Shown here: positions 9,931 to 20,841 of the stretch, one piece after another
Layout of the letters: every line of letters starts with the position of its first letter
Position numbering within the stretch: the stretch's first letter is position 1
Assembly: GCA_002477825.1 (NCBI GenBank)
Contig: DLKT01000003.1
Span: 4,158-68,157 of the forward strand
Direction of reading: 5' to 3'
Length of the DNA stretch: 64,000 nucleotides
Source: Bacillales bacterium UBA7581
GTDB taxonomy: Bacteria; Bacillota_I; Bacilli_A; RFN20; CAG-826
Program-made: the position numbers and the translations under genes
The notes under the pieces: model-generated
Told to the model about the DNA's origin: nothing
The model's database searches: none
The model's input: only the letters and a program-made list of their open reading frames with translations

Positions 9931-10647
9931 TTACTTCATATTGTGCCAAACGGCTTGAACGTCTTCAAGTTCATCAAGCATGTCTAACATGGATTGCATT
10001 TTGTCTTTTTCTTCGCCGCTTAATTCAACGTAATCGTTTGGAAGCATTTGAATTTCACAGGTTTCGAATTCGGTAACACCATTTTCGTTTAAAACGGATT
10101 TAGCGTTGTTTAATGCAGTTGGAGTAACGTGTACTTCAACATAACCTTCATCATCTTTAGAAACATCGGTTACATCAACATCGGACATAATGAGCATTTC
10201 TTCAATTTCGGCATGGTCTTTGTCGGATTTAAAGACTAAGACACCGGCTTGTTCAAAGTTGAAAGAAACACTACCAGGTGCGCCTAAATGGCCACCTCTT
10301 TTGTTAACGACAGTACGGACTTCAACATAGGCACGATTAGCGTTATCGGTAAGGGTGTCAACGATGAAAGCAACATTGCCTGGTCCATAACCTTCGTATC
10401 TTCCAGCAATATAGGATTCAGCGGAACCACCTTTAGCTTTTTCAATGGCTCTTTGAATAACGTCCTTTGGAATGTTTTGTCCTCTAAATTTTTCAATTGC
10501 AGCACGTAATGCTAAGTTAGCGTTTGGATCAGGTTCTCCTGATCTTGCAGCCATATAAATTTCTTTTGATGCTCTCATGTATAGAGCGGTCTTTTTTGCA
10601 TTGGTCGCGGCCATAGAGGCTGCACGAACTTCATGTGCTCTTCCCAT
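9931..10647 (-). CDS. yebC: YebC/PmpR-family DNA-binding transcriptional regulator
   Basis: MGRAHEVRAASMAATNAKK... is typical of the YebC family. The ATG at 10647 is preceded by GGAGAG; the tracked start at 10680 lacks an SD. Confidence 0.93.
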   Translation of the reverse strand: MGRAHEVRAASMAATNAKKTALYMRASKEIYMAARSGEPDPNANLALRAAIEKFRGQNIPKDVIQRAIEKAKGGSAESYIAGRYEGYGPGNVAFIVDTLTDNANRAYVEVRTVVNKRGGHLGAPGSVSFNFEQAGVLVFKSDKDHAEIEEMLIMSDVDVTDVSKDDEGYVEVHVTPTALNNAKSVLNENGVTEFETCEIQMLPNDYVELSGEEKDKMQSMLDMLDELEDVQAVWHNMK

Positions 10648-10801
10648 AAAAATCTCTCCTTTAAAAATTTGTTCGTACAAAGTATAACATTTTCTTTTGT
10701 ATTCGTGAATATTTTCCTATGGAAAACCTGCAAAAAATTCGATAAAATTCGTAAGAAAACGCCAAAATATGTTATTATCTATGGTGCAAGAGGGTGAATT
10801 T

Positions 10802-12007
10802 ATGAAAGCAATTGAACGATTTTTAAAATATGTATCTTTTGATACACAATCAGATGAAGAATCTCTTACTTCTCCAAGTACAGAAAAACAAAAGAAATTA
10901 GGCGCTTATCTTCTTCAAGAATTAAAAGAGATGGGCGTTAATGATGCCCATATGGATGAATATGGCTATGTATATGGTTTTATTCCTTCAAATTGTGGCT
11001 CTAAAAACACCATTGGATTAATTTCTCATATGGATACTTCTCCAGATGCAAGTGGAAAAGACATTCATCCACATTTTGTAACCTTTCATGGTGAAGATAT
11101 TGAAATTGGAAATGGAAAGAAATTAACCAAAGAAGAACTAAAAGGAAAAGAAGGTCATGAACTCATTGTAACCGATGGTACGACACTTTTAGGTGCGGAT
11201 GATAAAGCAGGAATTGCCATTATCATGGAAATGGTATATCAACGTATGAACAGTCAAAAAGACTATCCTAACTTTGTCATTTGCTTTACTCCTGATGAAG
11301 AAGTTGGTCGAGGCACTGAACATTTTAATTATGATTGGTATAAAGAACACGCTAAAAACGCGATCACCTATACGATGGATGGCGGACGTGTTGAAGAAAT
11401 TAATTATGAGACCTTTAATGCAGCAAGCGCTAAAATTACGATTCATGGAAAGAGCATTCATCCGGGATCTGCTAAAGATAAAATGATTAATTCACAAATC
11501 GTAGCAATGGAACTCTTTAGTCTTCTTCCTGAAAATGAAAGACCTGAACATACGGAAAACTATGAAGGTTTCTATCACTTAACCAATATGAAAGGAGATG
11601 TAGAAACCACACAACTATCTTTTATTATTCGTGACCATAGCCGCGAAAAATTTGAAATACGTAAAGAAAAGATGAAGGAAGTAGTAGCTGCAATTAACGA
11701 AAAATATCATGATCAATTAGTAGAACTAGTTTTAAAAGATAGTTATTACAATATGCGTGAAATTATTGAGAAACATTTTGATATGATTGATTTAGTACGT
11801 GAATGCATGTTAGAAAATGGTATTGTAGCGCAAGAAATCCCCGTAAGAGGTGGCACGGATGGTGCAACATTATCTTTCCACGAAATTCCTTGTCCTAACT
11901 TAGGTACGGGAGGAGAAAACTTCCACGGACCATTAGAATATCTAGATGTAACGGATTTTTATAGAATGATAAAGGTTTTAGAAACTTTGTTTGCTAAAAA
12001 AATATAA
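10802..12007 (+). CDS. pepT: Peptidase T (tripeptide aminopeptidase, M20B)
   Basis: The N-terminus MKAIERFLKYVSFDTQSDEES..PST is characteristic of PepT. M20 metal-binding motifs (ISHMDT, GADDKAG, PDEE). The ATG at 10802 follows AGAGGGTGA. Confidence 0.9.
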   Translation: MKAIERFLKYVSFDTQSDEESLTSPSTEKQKKLGAYLLQELKEMGVNDAHMDEYGYVYGFIPSNCGSKNTIGLISHMDTSPDASGKDIHPHFVTFHGEDIEIGNGKKLTKEELKGKEGHELIVTDGTTLLGADDKAGIAIIMEMVYQRMNSQKDYPNFVICFTPDEEVGRGTEHFNYDWYKEHAKNAITYTMDGGRVEEINYETFNAASAKITIHGKSIHPGSAKDKMINSQIVAMELFSLLPENERPEHTENYEGFYHLTNMKGDVETTQLSFIIRDHSREKFEIRKEKMKEVVAAINEKYHDQLVELVLKDSYYNMREIIEKHFDMIDLVRECMLENGIVAQEIPVRGGTDGATLSFHEIPCPNLGTGGENFHGPLEYLDVTDFYRMIKVLETLFAKKI

Positions 12008-12071
12008 AAATGATTTAAAGAAAACTATTATTTTTAATGTTGGCTATAGAATTCATACTTTTAAAAAATAG

Positions 12072-12100
12072 TTTGCACAAAAAGAAAAATCATGTATAAT
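12072..12100 (+). promoter_or_regulatory. Sigma-A-type promoter upstream of the orphan ATPase
   Basis: TTTGCA (12072-12077), 17-nt spacer, TATAAT (12095-12100) with TG immediately upstream. Confidence 0.55.
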
Positions 12101-12176
12101 AGTATCAGTGGCTATAAACCCAACTTTAGGGTTTTTTAAAGAAGTACAATTGCGATAGAATAAGATTAGATTGTAG

Positions 12177-13322
12177 ATGAAAATATTAAAAATTGTAATC
12201 TCAGGATTCCGTCTTTTAAAAGACAATTTTACGATGGACTTTATGCCCATTCAACCAAATAAGAAGCCCGAGTATGATGGTGAGCTTTCCTCGATTGCTG
12301 ACCGGGTTTATTTACCGGTATGTCAAGCTTTTTTAGGGAATAATGGTGAAGGTAAAACGACGGTTTTACAAGTCCTTTACTATTGCTATTCACTATTAGC
12401 GCAAGGAAGAATCGCTTATCATGCTATGGACTTTTCTAAAGAGGCTATTCATTTGAAAATTTATTTTTCATATGAAGAAAACCTTTATGTTTATGAAACA
12501 AAGGTATTGCCACCGAATCAAACATCTTTTACTCATGAAGTGTATTGTCGGTTGTCTAATCAAAAACTTTTTACAAGAAAGTTTCCTCATTACCATCCTA
12601 AAAGTTTTTGGAGTGGCCATTATGTACCTATATTTCATAAACTAAGCTGTTCCTTAGAAGATACAGCATTGACTGACTATTTACACATGAAAATTCCGTC
12701 TATTTTCTTTATTAAGGCAGAAAATGACACAGAGATGATTTATTCAGCATTGCAGCTCTTAGGTCAATTAGATGAAGATGAAAGAGAAGATGTAATGAAG
12801 ATATTTCATCTACCATTCGCAAAGTTTGATTTATCCTTCGGAGAAAATCATTTACGACTTTTTATCAATAAAGAATGGATTAATATGAGCGCTAGTACAT
12901 TAGCGGAAATTATTTCAAAAGGCACGATTCGTGGATTATGCCTTTATGAATCTATTTGTTTAGCTTTAGAAGAAGGCTCTATCGTCATTGTTGATGAACT
13001 TGAGAATTCTATTCCGCATGAACTTGTCCTTGAATTAATGAACCTTTTCTTAGACTCTGAACTCAATCGCCATGGAGCCAGTTTATACTTTTCAACTTAT
13101 AACATGGAGATATTAGATATTTTCCATCGTTATGACAATATCCATGTTGTAAAACGAAATAAAGACGGCTTTATTAATACGATGAATCTTTATACAAGTT
13201 TTCATACGACGATGCGAGTGATGAAATCAAAAATGATTCGCAATTCATCACAATTTTTAAAACCAGAATGGAATTTAATGCACCATTTGCGAAAGCTGTT
13301 GCTGAGAAAAATTCGTTCATAA
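12177..13322 (+). CDS. Orphan SMC/ABC-type ATPase (AAA_15/AAA_21-like)
   Basis: N-terminal MKILKIVISGFRLL strand, Walker A GNNGEGKT, signature-like ISKGT, Walker B IVIVDELE, degenerate H-loop region FSTYN. No Shine-Dalgarno before the ATG (aagattagattgtagATG). Confidence 0.7.
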   Translation: MKILKIVISGFRLLKDNFTMDFMPIQPNKKPEYDGELSSIADRVYLPVCQAFLGNNGEGKTTVLQVLYYCYSLLAQGRIAYHAMDFSKEAIHLKIYFSYEENLYVYETKVLPPNQTSFTHEVYCRLSNQKLFTRKFPHYHPKSFWSGHYVPIFHKLSCSLEDTALTDYLHMKIPSIFFIKAENDTEMIYSALQLLGQLDEDEREDVMKIFHLPFAKFDLSFGENHLRLFINKEWINMSASTLAEIISKGTIRGLCLYESICLALEEGSIVIVDELENSIPHELVLELMNLFLDSELNRHGASLYFSTYNMEILDIFHRYDNIHVVKRNKDGFINTMNLYTSFHTTMRVMKSKMIRNSSQFLKPEWNLMHHLRKLLLRKIRS

Positions 13323-13396
13323 AGGCATAATATAAGTTTGAATCTCTTTTTAAAAAGCACAAAATTGTTTATAATGAACTCGTAAGGAGTTTTCTT

Positions 13397-14329
13397 ATGA
13401 AAAAATTGAAGTACATTGGTTTTTTTATAAAAAATAGTTGGTTCGTTTTCCGCTATCGTTTTTTTCATAAGAAAAAAAGCGTAACGAGGTTTATGGGGCA
13501 AAAGAATATTACTTTGGCTTATAGCAATGAAATCTTGAAACAAATGATTTTAAGCAATGAACCTTTTAGCGCAATCCGCTTTGGAGCGGTGGAACTCTCT
13601 TGTGTAAACAATCATGAAAAAATTCAACTTGGATTTAAGAAAAAATATAAAGCGCCAGCTATTTATAGTATTAAAAATGGAGCTGGCGTTTTTCCAACCA
13701 CAAAAGAAAGCTTGGATCAGTATAGTATGACGGCGATTCAAGCTTTTTCTGATGCAACTATCTTAGGCATTTCAGGCGTCCATATGGAAGATTATTTCTA
13801 TAAAAAATATGCTTCAAAATGCCGAGTCATTCAATATGAAGCCTTTGAACCTCTACGTGGGGATTGGATTCAAGCGTTAAAAGGGAAAAAAGTGTTAGTT
13901 ATTTCTCCCTTTGCTAATGATATTCAAAAACAATATGAAAGAATTGATCTTGTATTTGAAGATGGGAAAATACCTCAATTTGATTTACAGGTTTTTCAAT
14001 GCGTGCAAACCATGGCAGAAGAGAAAGATTCTCGTTTTACTTCTTGGAATGAAGCATTATCATGGATGGAAGAAGAAATTAGTAAACTCAACTTTGATAT
14101 TGCTTTAGTTGGAGCAGGTGCTTATGGTTCTCCTTTATGTTCTTTTATTGCTAAAACATTGCATCGACAGGCCATTCAAACGGGAGGCGCTACCCAGACA
14201 ATGTTTGGAATCATCGGTAAAAGGTGGGAAAAAAGAGAACATGTGGCAAAATATATTAACGAATATTGGATACGACCTACATTAAAACCAAAGGGCTATG
14301 AAAATGTTGAAAAAGGATGTTATTGGTGA
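13397..14329 (+). CDS. Hypothetical protein, possibly a divergent GT-D (DUF1792-like) glycosyltransferase
   Basis: AAGGAG SD. Motif order recalled from DUF1792: SAIRFGAVE (vs RFGDGE), GKKVLVISPF, ALVGAGAYGSPLCSFIAK...QAIQTGG. Assignment is from memory, not a search. Confidence 0.4.
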   Translation: MKKLKYIGFFIKNSWFVFRYRFFHKKKSVTRFMGQKNITLAYSNEILKQMILSNEPFSAIRFGAVELSCVNNHEKIQLGFKKKYKAPAIYSIKNGAGVFPTTKESLDQYSMTAIQAFSDATILGISGVHMEDYFYKKYASKCRVIQYEAFEPLRGDWIQALKGKKVLVISPFANDIQKQYERIDLVFEDGKIPQFDLQVFQCVQTMAEEKDSRFTSWNEALSWMEEEISKLNFDIALVGAGAYGSPLCSFIAKTLHRQAIQTGGATQTMFGIIGKRWEKREHVAKYINEYWIRPTLKPKGYENVEKGCYW

Positions 14330-14339
14330 GGTGATTAAC

Positions 14340-15599
14340 ATGAAAAATAGTTTGACAAGTAATAAAGTATTATACTTCTGTATGCTCATTGTGATAGGAT
14401 TGCTTTCTTTTATGTTCTTTCCATATGCATTTGAAATCAATTTAATCATGGTGATTTTAGGCTTTTTCTTAATTTGTATAGAAAAAGAAAAAATAATAGC
14501 AAATAAAAAACAAGCGATTCCGTTTGGAATAGCATTATTTCTCTATTTATTCATTATGGGTTGCTCAAGTTATGCACAAGACGTAGGAATTAATATTCTG
14601 AGAATTGTCTTTCTTTGCTTAGCTTCTTTTGCAGCCTTTTTCATAGGAAATTATCTTTCTAAAGAAAACGAATATAAAGTAAAGCTTTATGATGTTATTT
14701 TTTCATTTTTGATTTTTATGACGGCGATTTCCGTTTTCTCCACGCTTTATTCCTATGGACTCTTTTATGCTTACCGATATTCTTCGGTAGCTTCTAGCGC
14801 GAAAATGCTAGTAGGATTCCGTATTTATGAAGTGCAAAAAGATGTTCTAGGTTACATATCCGTTTTATCTTTAGCACCATTAAGTGCTTTAATCTTCTAT
14901 AAAGGTAAAAAAGATTATACATTTTATATTTTATTAGCATCTTGTTTATTTGGCCTTATTAACTTATTGACATCACCGAATGTTGTTGGATTAGCTATTG
15001 TTATTTGTGGCACAATTCTTACATTATTGATTCGCTTTTTTCCAAAAGATAAAAAGAAAAAAATTATTTGCTTTTCCGCTTTAGGAATTATTGTTTTATT
15101 AGGAATTGCTTTTATTCTTCTAAAAGGGCAACAAATCAATCGAGTTCGTGTGATTTTTGATACTTTAAAGAATTCAATACAATATCCTCTAGGCATGGGA
15201 TATGATGAAGCTAATACCATGTTAAACGGCGCAATGAGCACGAGAAATCTCTTCTTTGATGCTCTATATCAAGGCGGTTGGTTAGCGTTTATAAGTGTAA
15301 TTACGTTATGGGTCTTGATAGCTATTTTACTTTATAAATATTATAAAAAGAGCGAGGATGATCCGTTTAAAAAGAATTTAATTTTAGGCTTATTTATTCA
15401 TTACTTCATTTATGTGAATCTCAATTATACACAAAAAATCTTTGTGCAATATGATGATATTTTACCTTATTATTTAGATCCAATGTTTTTGATTATCCTG
15501 GTTTTTACGGGATATATGTTTCAAAAAACGCATCCAAATTCTATAGAATCCAATTCAGTAATGGAAGAAAAAGAAGAAACAGAAAAAATAGAAGCTTAA
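14340..15599 (+). CDS. Polytopic membrane protein, O-antigen polymerase/ligase (Wzy_C)-like
   Basis: ~10-12 predicted TM segments. The loop GMGYDEANTMLNGAMSTRNLFFDALYQGGW resembles the Wzy_C motif with H to R and E to Q changes. The ATG at 14340 follows GGTGAGGTGA. Confidence 0.5.
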   Translation: MKNSLTSNKVLYFCMLIVIGLLSFMFFPYAFEINLIMVILGFFLICIEKEKIIANKKQAIPFGIALFLYLFIMGCSSYAQDVGINILRIVFLCLASFAAFFIGNYLSKENEYKVKLYDVIFSFLIFMTAISVFSTLYSYGLFYAYRYSSVASSAKMLVGFRIYEVQKDVLGYISVLSLAPLSALIFYKGKKDYTFYILLASCLFGLINLLTSPNVVGLAIVICGTILTLLIRFFPKDKKKKIICFSALGIIVLLGIAFILLKGQQINRVRVIFDTLKNSIQYPLGMGYDEANTMLNGAMSTRNLFFDALYQGGWLAFISVITLWVLIAILLYKYYKKSEDDPFKKNLILGLFIHYFIYVNLNYTQKIFVQYDDILPYYLDPMFLIILVFTGYMFQKTHPNSIESNSVMEEKEETEKIEA

Positions 15600-15636
15600 A
15601 AACAATGCTTTAAGTATTTCTATGCTATAATGTTAA

Positions 15637-16782
<1,146 letters not shown>

Positions 16783-16784
16783 TT

Positions 16785-17828
16785 ATGGACATTAATGAAT
16801 TTGATTTTGATTTACCTGAAGAATTAATTGCGCAGTCTCCTAGTGAAAAAAGAGACCATTCTCGTTTATTAGCAGTAGACCGTGAACATCATACTTATCA
16901 AGATTGCCATTTCTACGATATTATTGATTTTTTAAAACCGGGTGATGTGTTAGTTAGAAATAACACAAAAGTAATTCCAGCACGTTTGCTGGGTGAAAAA
17001 GAAGAAACTCATGCTCATGTAGAAGTACTTCTTCTTCGTGAACACGAAAAAGATGTATGGGAATGTTTAGTAGGAAATGCCAAAACGGTTAAAGTTGGCA
17101 CTGTCGTTTCTTTTGGAAACGGCGAACTAAAAGCGGAATGTGTTAAGGTCTTAGATGAAGGAATACGCCATTTCCGTATGATTTATCAAGGAATTTTTTA
17201 TGAAATATTAGATCAATTAGGTAAAATGCCACTTCCACCCTATATTAAAGCGCAATGCTTAGATAATAGCCGTTATCAAACCGTTTATGCAAAATTAGAG
17301 GGAAGTGCGGCCGCTCCAACAGCGGGTTTCCATTTTACCGAAGAATTATTTGAAAAGCTTAAAGCCAAAGGCGTACAAATCGTAGAAGTCACTTTACATA
17401 TTGGACTTGGAACTTTCCGCCCCGTAAAAGTGGAGTCGGTTGAAGCACATCATATGCATACAGAAGCTTACTTGATGAGCCAAGAAGCCGCTGATACTTT
17501 AAATTTAGCAAAAAAAGAACATCGTAGAATTATTGCGATTGGAACAACTTCAACGCGTGTACTTGAAACAGTCATGCAAAAGTATGGCCGTTTTGAAGCC
17601 TGTTCAGGTGAAACGCAAATTTTCATTTATCCCGGTTATACCTATCAAGCCATCGATGCTTTGATTACAAACTTTCACTTACCGAAGTCTACTTTAATTA
17701 TGCTTGTATCAGCATTTATGGGGCGAGAATTTACATTAGAGGTTTATCGTCACGCCGTAGAAGAAAAATATCGCTTCTTCTCCTTTGGCGATGCAATGTT
17801 TATTTATGGAAAAGCTCCATTACTATAA
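16785..17828 (+). CDS. queA: S-adenosylmethionine:tRNA ribosyltransferase-isomerase
   Basis: [13 protein letters not shown]...RD.SRLL and GTTS.R.LE motifs are typical of QueA. Confidence 0.95.
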   Translation: MDINEFDFDLPEELIAQSPSEKRDHSRLLAVDREHHTYQDCHFYDIIDFLKPGDVLVRNNTKVIPARLLGEKEETHAHVEVLLLREHEKDVWECLVGNAKTVKVGTVVSFGNGELKAECVKVLDEGIRHFRMIYQGIFYEILDQLGKMPLPPYIKAQCLDNSRYQTVYAKLEGSAAAPTAGFHFTEELFEKLKAKGVQIVEVTLHIGLGTFRPVKVESVEAHHMHTEAYLMSQEAADTLNLAKKEHRRIIAIGTTSTRVLETVMQKYGRFEACSGETQIFIYPGYTYQAIDALITNFHLPKSTLIMLVSAFMGREFTLEVYRHAVEEKYRFFSFGDAMFIYGKAPLL

Positions 17829-18486
17829 TGAGTCGCTGAAGATTCTTGATGAATTATCTTCACGTCCAACTAAACCAACTTTATTGATGCATGCGTGCTG
17901 TGCGCCATGCTCATGTTTTCCTTTGACCTTTTTATGTCCACATTTTAATGTCACTATTTTTTATAACAATTCGAATATATTTCCAAGTGCGGAATATGAA
18001 AGAAGAAGAGACGAACTGAAAAAGTTCTTGCAGGATTTTGAGCGTGATTATCATTATCACGTTGATTTAATCATTCCTCCCTATGATGAAGAAAGTTATG
18101 CACAAAAACTGCGTCCGCTTTCCCATTTAAAAGAAGGCACCGAACGTTGCTTTTATTGTTACCGGTTACGTATGGAGGAAGCCTATGATTACGCAGAGCG
18201 TAATGGCTTTGACTTTTTCACCACGGTTATGACCATTTCTAGTCAAAAGAATTCATTGAAATTAAATGAAATTGGTGAAGAACTAGAAAAGATACATCCA
18301 CATTGCCGATATTTTTATTCCGACTTCAAAAAGAAAAAAGGTGCGGATAAAGGAAGAGAGATACGAAATTTCTATCAACTTTATCAACAACAATATTGTG
18401 GGTGCCGTTACTCATTCGCGGAGTATAAAGAACGGATTCGAATGAAAGAAAATGCAGAAAAAGCAGAAAATAAAGGGATAAATTAA
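17806..18486 (+). CDS. queH: Epoxyqueuosine reductase QueH (DUF208)
   Basis: [11 protein letters not shown] motif and conserved Cys pairs (CFYCY, CGC). The start is uncertain (17785 or 17806); both overlap the queA 3' end. Confidence 0.8.
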   Translation: MEKLHYYNESLKILDELSSRPTKPTLLMHACCAPCSCFPLTFLCPHFNVTIFYNNSNIFPSAEYERRRDELKKFLQDFERDYHYHVDLIIPPYDEESYAQKLRPLSHLKEGTERCFYCYRLRMEEAYDYAERNGFDFFTTVMTISSQKNSLKLNEIGEELEKIHPHCRYFYSDFKKKKGADKGREIRNFYQLYQQQYCGCRYSFAEYKERIRMKENAEKAENKGIN

Positions 18487-18491
18487 GAACA

Positions 18492-18518
18492 AAAGCGCTC
18501 CATTTCGAGCGTTTTTTT
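18492..18518 (+). terminator. Rho-independent terminator after queH
   Basis: aagcgctc-catttc-gagcgttt hairpin followed by a T7 run. Confidence 0.7.
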
Positions 18519-18634
18519 CATACCTTCAAAAAAGAAAAATGTCTTAAAGTGATTCTTTTTCGCCTGTTTTTAAAGCATGATTTTTCTTCGCCCTATTTAT
18601 ATAAATAAATATTTCAGAAAAATGAAAAAAATTA

Positions 18635-18663
18635 TTGACTTCAATCTCGTCTTTTGGTATGAT
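18635..18663 (+). promoter_or_regulatory. Promoter of the S10 ribosomal protein operon
   Basis: TTGACT (18635-18640), 17-nt spacer, TATGAT (18658-18663). It leaves a ~125-nt leader before the rpsJ ATG. Confidence 0.6.
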
Positions 18664-18794
18664 TTCAAATGTTGATGTCCGCTATGATATTGCGAGGTTG
18701 CTGATACGCCATTAAACGTTGTCATGAATAGGCGTTCAGGGAATTCGAATGGAGCGACGTCTAAGCCTGATTTAGACAAAAGGAGGAAATATTC

Positions 18795-19106
18795 ATGGCT
18801 AAAGCAAAAAAAATCCGCGTCCGCTTAAAAGCTTATGATCACAAGATTCTTGATTTATCCGTAGAGAAGATTGTCTCAGCTGCTATTAAGTCTGGAGCAA
18901 AAGTGGTGGGACCAATTCCTCTCCCAACAGAGAAACAAGTTTACACCATCTTAAGAGCTGTTCACAAATATAAAGATGCTCGTGAACAATTCGAAATTAG
19001 AACACATAAGCGTTTGATTGATATCGTCAATCCAACTAAGGAAACCATCGACGTTTTAAAACGTTTGGACCTTCCAAGTGGTGTCGATATTGATATCAAA
19101 CTTTAA
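18795..19106 (+). CDS. rpsJ: 30S ribosomal protein S10
   Basis: Conserved uS10 sequence ([15 protein letters not shown]), GGAGG SD, first gene of the S10 operon. Confidence 0.97.
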   Translation: MAKAKKIRVRLKAYDHKILDLSVEKIVSAAIKSGAKVVGPIPLPTEKQVYTILRAVHKYKDAREQFEIRTHKRLIDIVNPTKETIDVLKRLDLPSGVDIDIKL

Positions 19107-19120
19107 GGAGGTAAGGAAAC

Positions 19121-19798
19121 ATGAAAGCAATCGTTGGAAGAAAAATGGGCATGACCCAAGTCTTCGCAGAAGATGGCACAATGTACCCAGTTACCGTTAT
19201 TGAAGTTTTACCTAATGTTGTCACACAAGTTAAAACGCTTGAAAAAGATGGATATGAAGCCATCCAAGTCGGATATGAAGAAAAGAAAGAACATCGCGCT
19301 AACAAAGCCGAATTAGGAATCTTCAAAAAAGCTGGTACCACTCCTAAGTACGAATTAAAAGAACTTAAGGGTGATGAAATGATGAAATTCCAAGTCGGTG
19401 AAACCATCTCCGCTGATTTATTCCAAGTTGGAGACGTCGTCGATGTTATCGGAACAAGCAAAGGTAAAGGATTCTCCGGTGCAATTAAACGTTGGCACTT
19501 CATTATTGGACCTAAGGGACATGGTTCTGGTTACCATAGACACGCTGGTTCATTTGCCACAACTGGTAGAACCAACAACCGTATTCACCCAGGAAAGAAA
19601 TCTGCTGGTCATCACGGTGACAAAGGCGCAACTGTGTTAAACCTTGTTATCGTTGGCGTTGACGCAAGCAAGAATGCAATCTTAGTTAAAGGTGCTGTTC
19701 CAGGCGCAACGAAATCCATCGTTACCATTCGTAGTGCCATCAAAGCACAAAAAGGTAAACCAGTGGTTAAACCATTAGTGAACCATGAAGCTGAATAA
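19121..19798 (+). CDS. rplC: 50S ribosomal protein L3
   Basis: Conserved uL3 sequence (GRKMGMTQVF...GKGFSG) and operon order. Confidence 0.97.
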   Translation: MKAIVGRKMGMTQVFAEDGTMYPVTVIEVLPNVVTQVKTLEKDGYEAIQVGYEEKKEHRANKAELGIFKKAGTTPKYELKELKGDEMMKFQVGETISADLFQVGDVVDVIGTSKGKGFSGAIKRWHFIIGPKGHGSGYHRHAGSFATTGRTNNRIHPGKKSAGHHGDKGATVLNLVIVGVDASKNAILVKGAVPGATKSIVTIRSAIKAQKGKPVVKPLVNHEAE

Positions 19799-19819
19799 TA
19801 ACGGAAAGGAGAAATAATT

Positions 19820-20464
19820 ATGGCAGAAAAAGCAAAATCAACTTTTTTACCTGTTCTTAACCAAGCAGGCGAAAAAATCTCCAAAGTTTCCGTTTCAAAC
19901 GATGTCTTTGGAATTGAACCTAATAAGCAAGTTATGTTTGATGCCGTTCAAGTGTATCAATCTAATATGCGTCAAGCAACTGCTCAAACCCTTCGTCGTG
20001 ACGAAGTGAGCGGTGGCGGTAAAAAGCCATGGCGCCAAAAAGGTACTGGCCGCGCTCGTGCTGGTTCCTCCCGTTCTCCAATTTGGAGAGGCGGCGGTAA
20101 TGTCTTTGGCCCAACCGGAACTCAAAGCTATAAATTATCCATGAATAAAGAAGCGCATCGCTTAGCTTTACGTTCCGCTTTATCATTAAAGAAAAAAGAA
20201 GATGCAATCATTGTTGTGGATGCCTTCAAAGTTGAAGCTCCAAAAACCAAGACCATGATGGACATCTTAGACAAAATCGGTACTACCGGAAAAGTTCTCT
20301 TAGTTTTAGATGAAGCTAATGAAAACTTATTCAAGAGTGTTCGTAACATTCCATTCGTCCTCGTTGTAGGAACCGCTAATGTGTGTGTTTACGATTTATT
20401 AAATGCTGACAAAGTGGTATTCACCAAGAGTGCCCTTAAAGCAGTTGAGGAGGGACTTAAATAA
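19820..20464 (+). CDS. rplD: 50S ribosomal protein L4
   Basis: Conserved uL4 sequence ([23 protein letters not shown]) and operon order. Confidence 0.97.
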   Translation: MAEKAKSTFLPVLNQAGEKISKVSVSNDVFGIEPNKQVMFDAVQVYQSNMRQATAQTLRRDEVSGGGKKPWRQKGTGRARAGSSRSPIWRGGGNVFGPTGTQSYKLSMNKEAHRLALRSALSLKKKEDAIIVVDAFKVEAPKTKTMMDILDKIGTTGKVLLVLDEANENLFKSVRNIPFVLVVGTANVCVYDLLNADKVVFTKSALKAVEEGLK

Positions 20465-20805
20465 TGGCAAGAGCAAAGAAAGCTGCGGCAGTTAAAGAAA
20501 GTCGCTTCGGAAAACCAACAGTAAAAAGCTTCGATGTTATCATTCGTCCAATCATTACTGAAAAGACCATGAAACTCATGCAAGAACAAAATAAGGTGAC
20601 CGTCGAAGTCGCTAAGAATGCAAATCGTACAGAAATCAAACTCGCGTTTGAAGCTGTATTCCAAGTGAAAGTGGAAGATGTTGCAATCGCTCGTGTTCAA
20701 GCAAAAGCAAAACGTGCAGGCCGTTATGAGGGAACAGTTCCCGCATACAAGAAAGCTATCGTTACTTTAGCGGAAGGCCAAGCATTAGATTTATTTAAGG
20801 AATAA
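20464..20805 (+). CDS. rplW: 50S ribosomal protein L23 (with ~18-aa N-terminal extension)
   Basis: uL23 core (IIRPIITEKTMKLM...). TAATG overlap with rplD and a GAGGAGGGA SD supports the long form. Confidence 0.95.
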   Translation: MARAKKAAAVKESRFGKPTVKSFDVIIRPIITEKTMKLMQEQNKVTVEVAKNANRTEIKLAFEAVFQVKVEDVAIARVQAKAKRAGRYEGTVPAYKKAIVTLAEGQALDLFKE

Positions 20806-20841
20806 GCCCTAGAAAGAGGCTCAATATAGGAGAAAAGAAAA

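Noticed and set aside
13202-13543. 113-aa minus-strand ORF spanning the ATPase / GT-D-like intergenic region
   Set aside because: It overlaps the ends of two better-supported plus-strand genes and has no SD. Its translation is junk-like (rich in F, K and I), as expected from AT-rich antisense sequence.
18597-18779. 60-aa minus-strand ORF upstream of rpsJ
   Set aside because: It coincides with the S10 promoter and leader. It has no SD and is better explained as non-coding regulatory DNA.
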